Assembly: GCF_000372725.1 (NCBI RefSeq)
Contig: NW_005202428.1
Location: forward strand, 2,998,815 to 3,018,814
DNA: 20,000 nucleotides
Direction: 5' to 3'
From: Emiliania huxleyi CCMP1516
Lineage: Eukaryota
A program made the position numbers and the translations under genes. This document shows positions 18,846 to 20,000 of the stretch, one piece after another. The notes under the pieces were generated by a model, which saw only the letters and a program-made list of their open reading frames with translations, was not told the origin of the DNA and did not search any database. Positions within the stretch are counted from its first letter, which is position 1; each line of letters begins with the position of its first letter.

Positions 18846-20000
18846 GGTTAGGGTTAGGGTTAGGGTTAGGGTTAGGGTTAGGGTTAGGGTTATGGTTATG
18901 GTTAGGGTTAGGGTTAGGGTTAGGGTAAGGGTTAGGGTTAGGGTTAGGGTTAGGGTTAGGGTTAGGGTTAGGGTTAGGGTTAGGGTTAGGGTTAGGGTTA
19001 GGGTTAGGGTTAGGGTTAGGGTTAGGGTTAGGGTTAGGGTTAGGGTTAGGGTTAGGGTTAGGGTTAGGGTTAGGGTTAGGGTTAGGGTTAGGGTTAGGGT
19101 TAGGGTTAGGGTTAGGGTTAGGGTTAGGGTTAGGGTTAGGGTTAGGGTTCGGGTTAGGGTTAGGGTTAGGGTTAGGGTTAGGGTTAGGGTTAGGGTTAGG
19201 GTTAGGGTTAGGGTTAGGGTTAGGGTTAGGGTTAGGGTTAGGGTTAGGGTTAGGGTTAGGGTTAGGGTTAGGGTTAGGGTTAGGGTTAGGGTTAGGGTTA
19301 GGGTTAGGGTTAGGGTTAGGGTTAGGGTTAGGGTTAGGGTTAGGGTTAGGGTTAGGGTTAGGGTTAGGGTTAGGGTTAGGGTTAGGGTTAGGGTTAGGGT
19401 TAGGGTTAGGGTTAGGGTTAGGGTTAGGGTTAGGGTTAGGGTTAGGGTTAGGGTTAGGGTTAGGGTTAGGGTTAGGGTTAGGGTTAGGGTTAGGGTTAGG
19501 GTTAGGGTTAGGGTTAGGGTTAGGGTTAGGGTTAGGGTTAGGGTTAGGGTTAGGGTTAGGGTTAGGGTTAGGGTTAGGGTTAGGGTTAGGGTTAGGGTTA
19601 GGGTTAGGGTTAGGGTTAGGGTTAGGGTTAGGGTTAGGGTTAGGGTTAGGGTTAGGGTTAGGGTTAGGGTTAGGGTTAGGGTTAGGGTTAGGGTTAGGGT
19701 TAGGGTTAGGGTTAGGGTTAGGGTTAGGGTTAGGGTTAGGGTTAGGGTTAGGGTTAGGGTTAGGGTTAGGGTTAGGGTTAGGGTTAGGGTTAGGGTTAGG
19801 GTTAGGGTTAGGGTTAGGGTTAGGGTTAGGGTTAGGGTTAGGGTTAGGGTTAGGGTTAGGGTTAGGGTTAGGGTTAGGGTTAGGGTTAGGGTTAGGGTTA
19901 GGGTTAGGGTTAGGGTTAGCCCCCCGGTTAGGGTTAGGGTTAGGGTTAGGGTTAGGGTTAGGGTTAGGGTTAGGGTTCCGCTTAGGATTAGGGTTAGGGT
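18751..20000 (+). repeat. Telomeric (TTAGGG)n array, G-rich strand running toward the window end
   Basis: ~1250 bp of TTAGGG with occasional variant units. Confidence 0.99.

Noticed and set aside
19915..19995. Distal telomere interruptions (ccccccc, ttccgc, ttagga)
   Set aside because: Most likely low-coverage consensus errors near the contig end.

Overview
GC-rich eukaryotic chromosome end. The high GC, frequent GC-AG introns and (TTAGGG)n telomere suggest a haptophyte such as Emiliania/Gephyrocapsa huxleyi (inference). The window ends in ~1.25 kb of telomere (18751-20000), preceded by a 168/170-bp subtelomeric satellite. Six supportable genes lie within ~17.5 kb of the telomere: a CRAL-TRIO/Sec14 protein, HIS6 (hisA), SDH4/CybS, a DNAJC22-like TM2+J-domain protein, a HEATR3/Syo1-like HEAT protein, and a degenerate class-I methyltransferase-like ORF. 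The intergenic DNA carries 5'-truncated 3' ends of about three non-LTR-retrotransposon-like families, each with its own short simple-repeat tail. All copies lie on the 5' side of a gene and point away from it. The most unusual signal is a ~90-105-bp module with a 47-bp core (46/47 identical between two copies), bracketed by copy-specific ATTCTTTTC(C/G)G direct repeats. It ends exactly 27 nt before the ATG of two unrelated genes, and the retroelement fragments lie in or next to it. Most long ORFs in the supplied track are GC-rich shadows.
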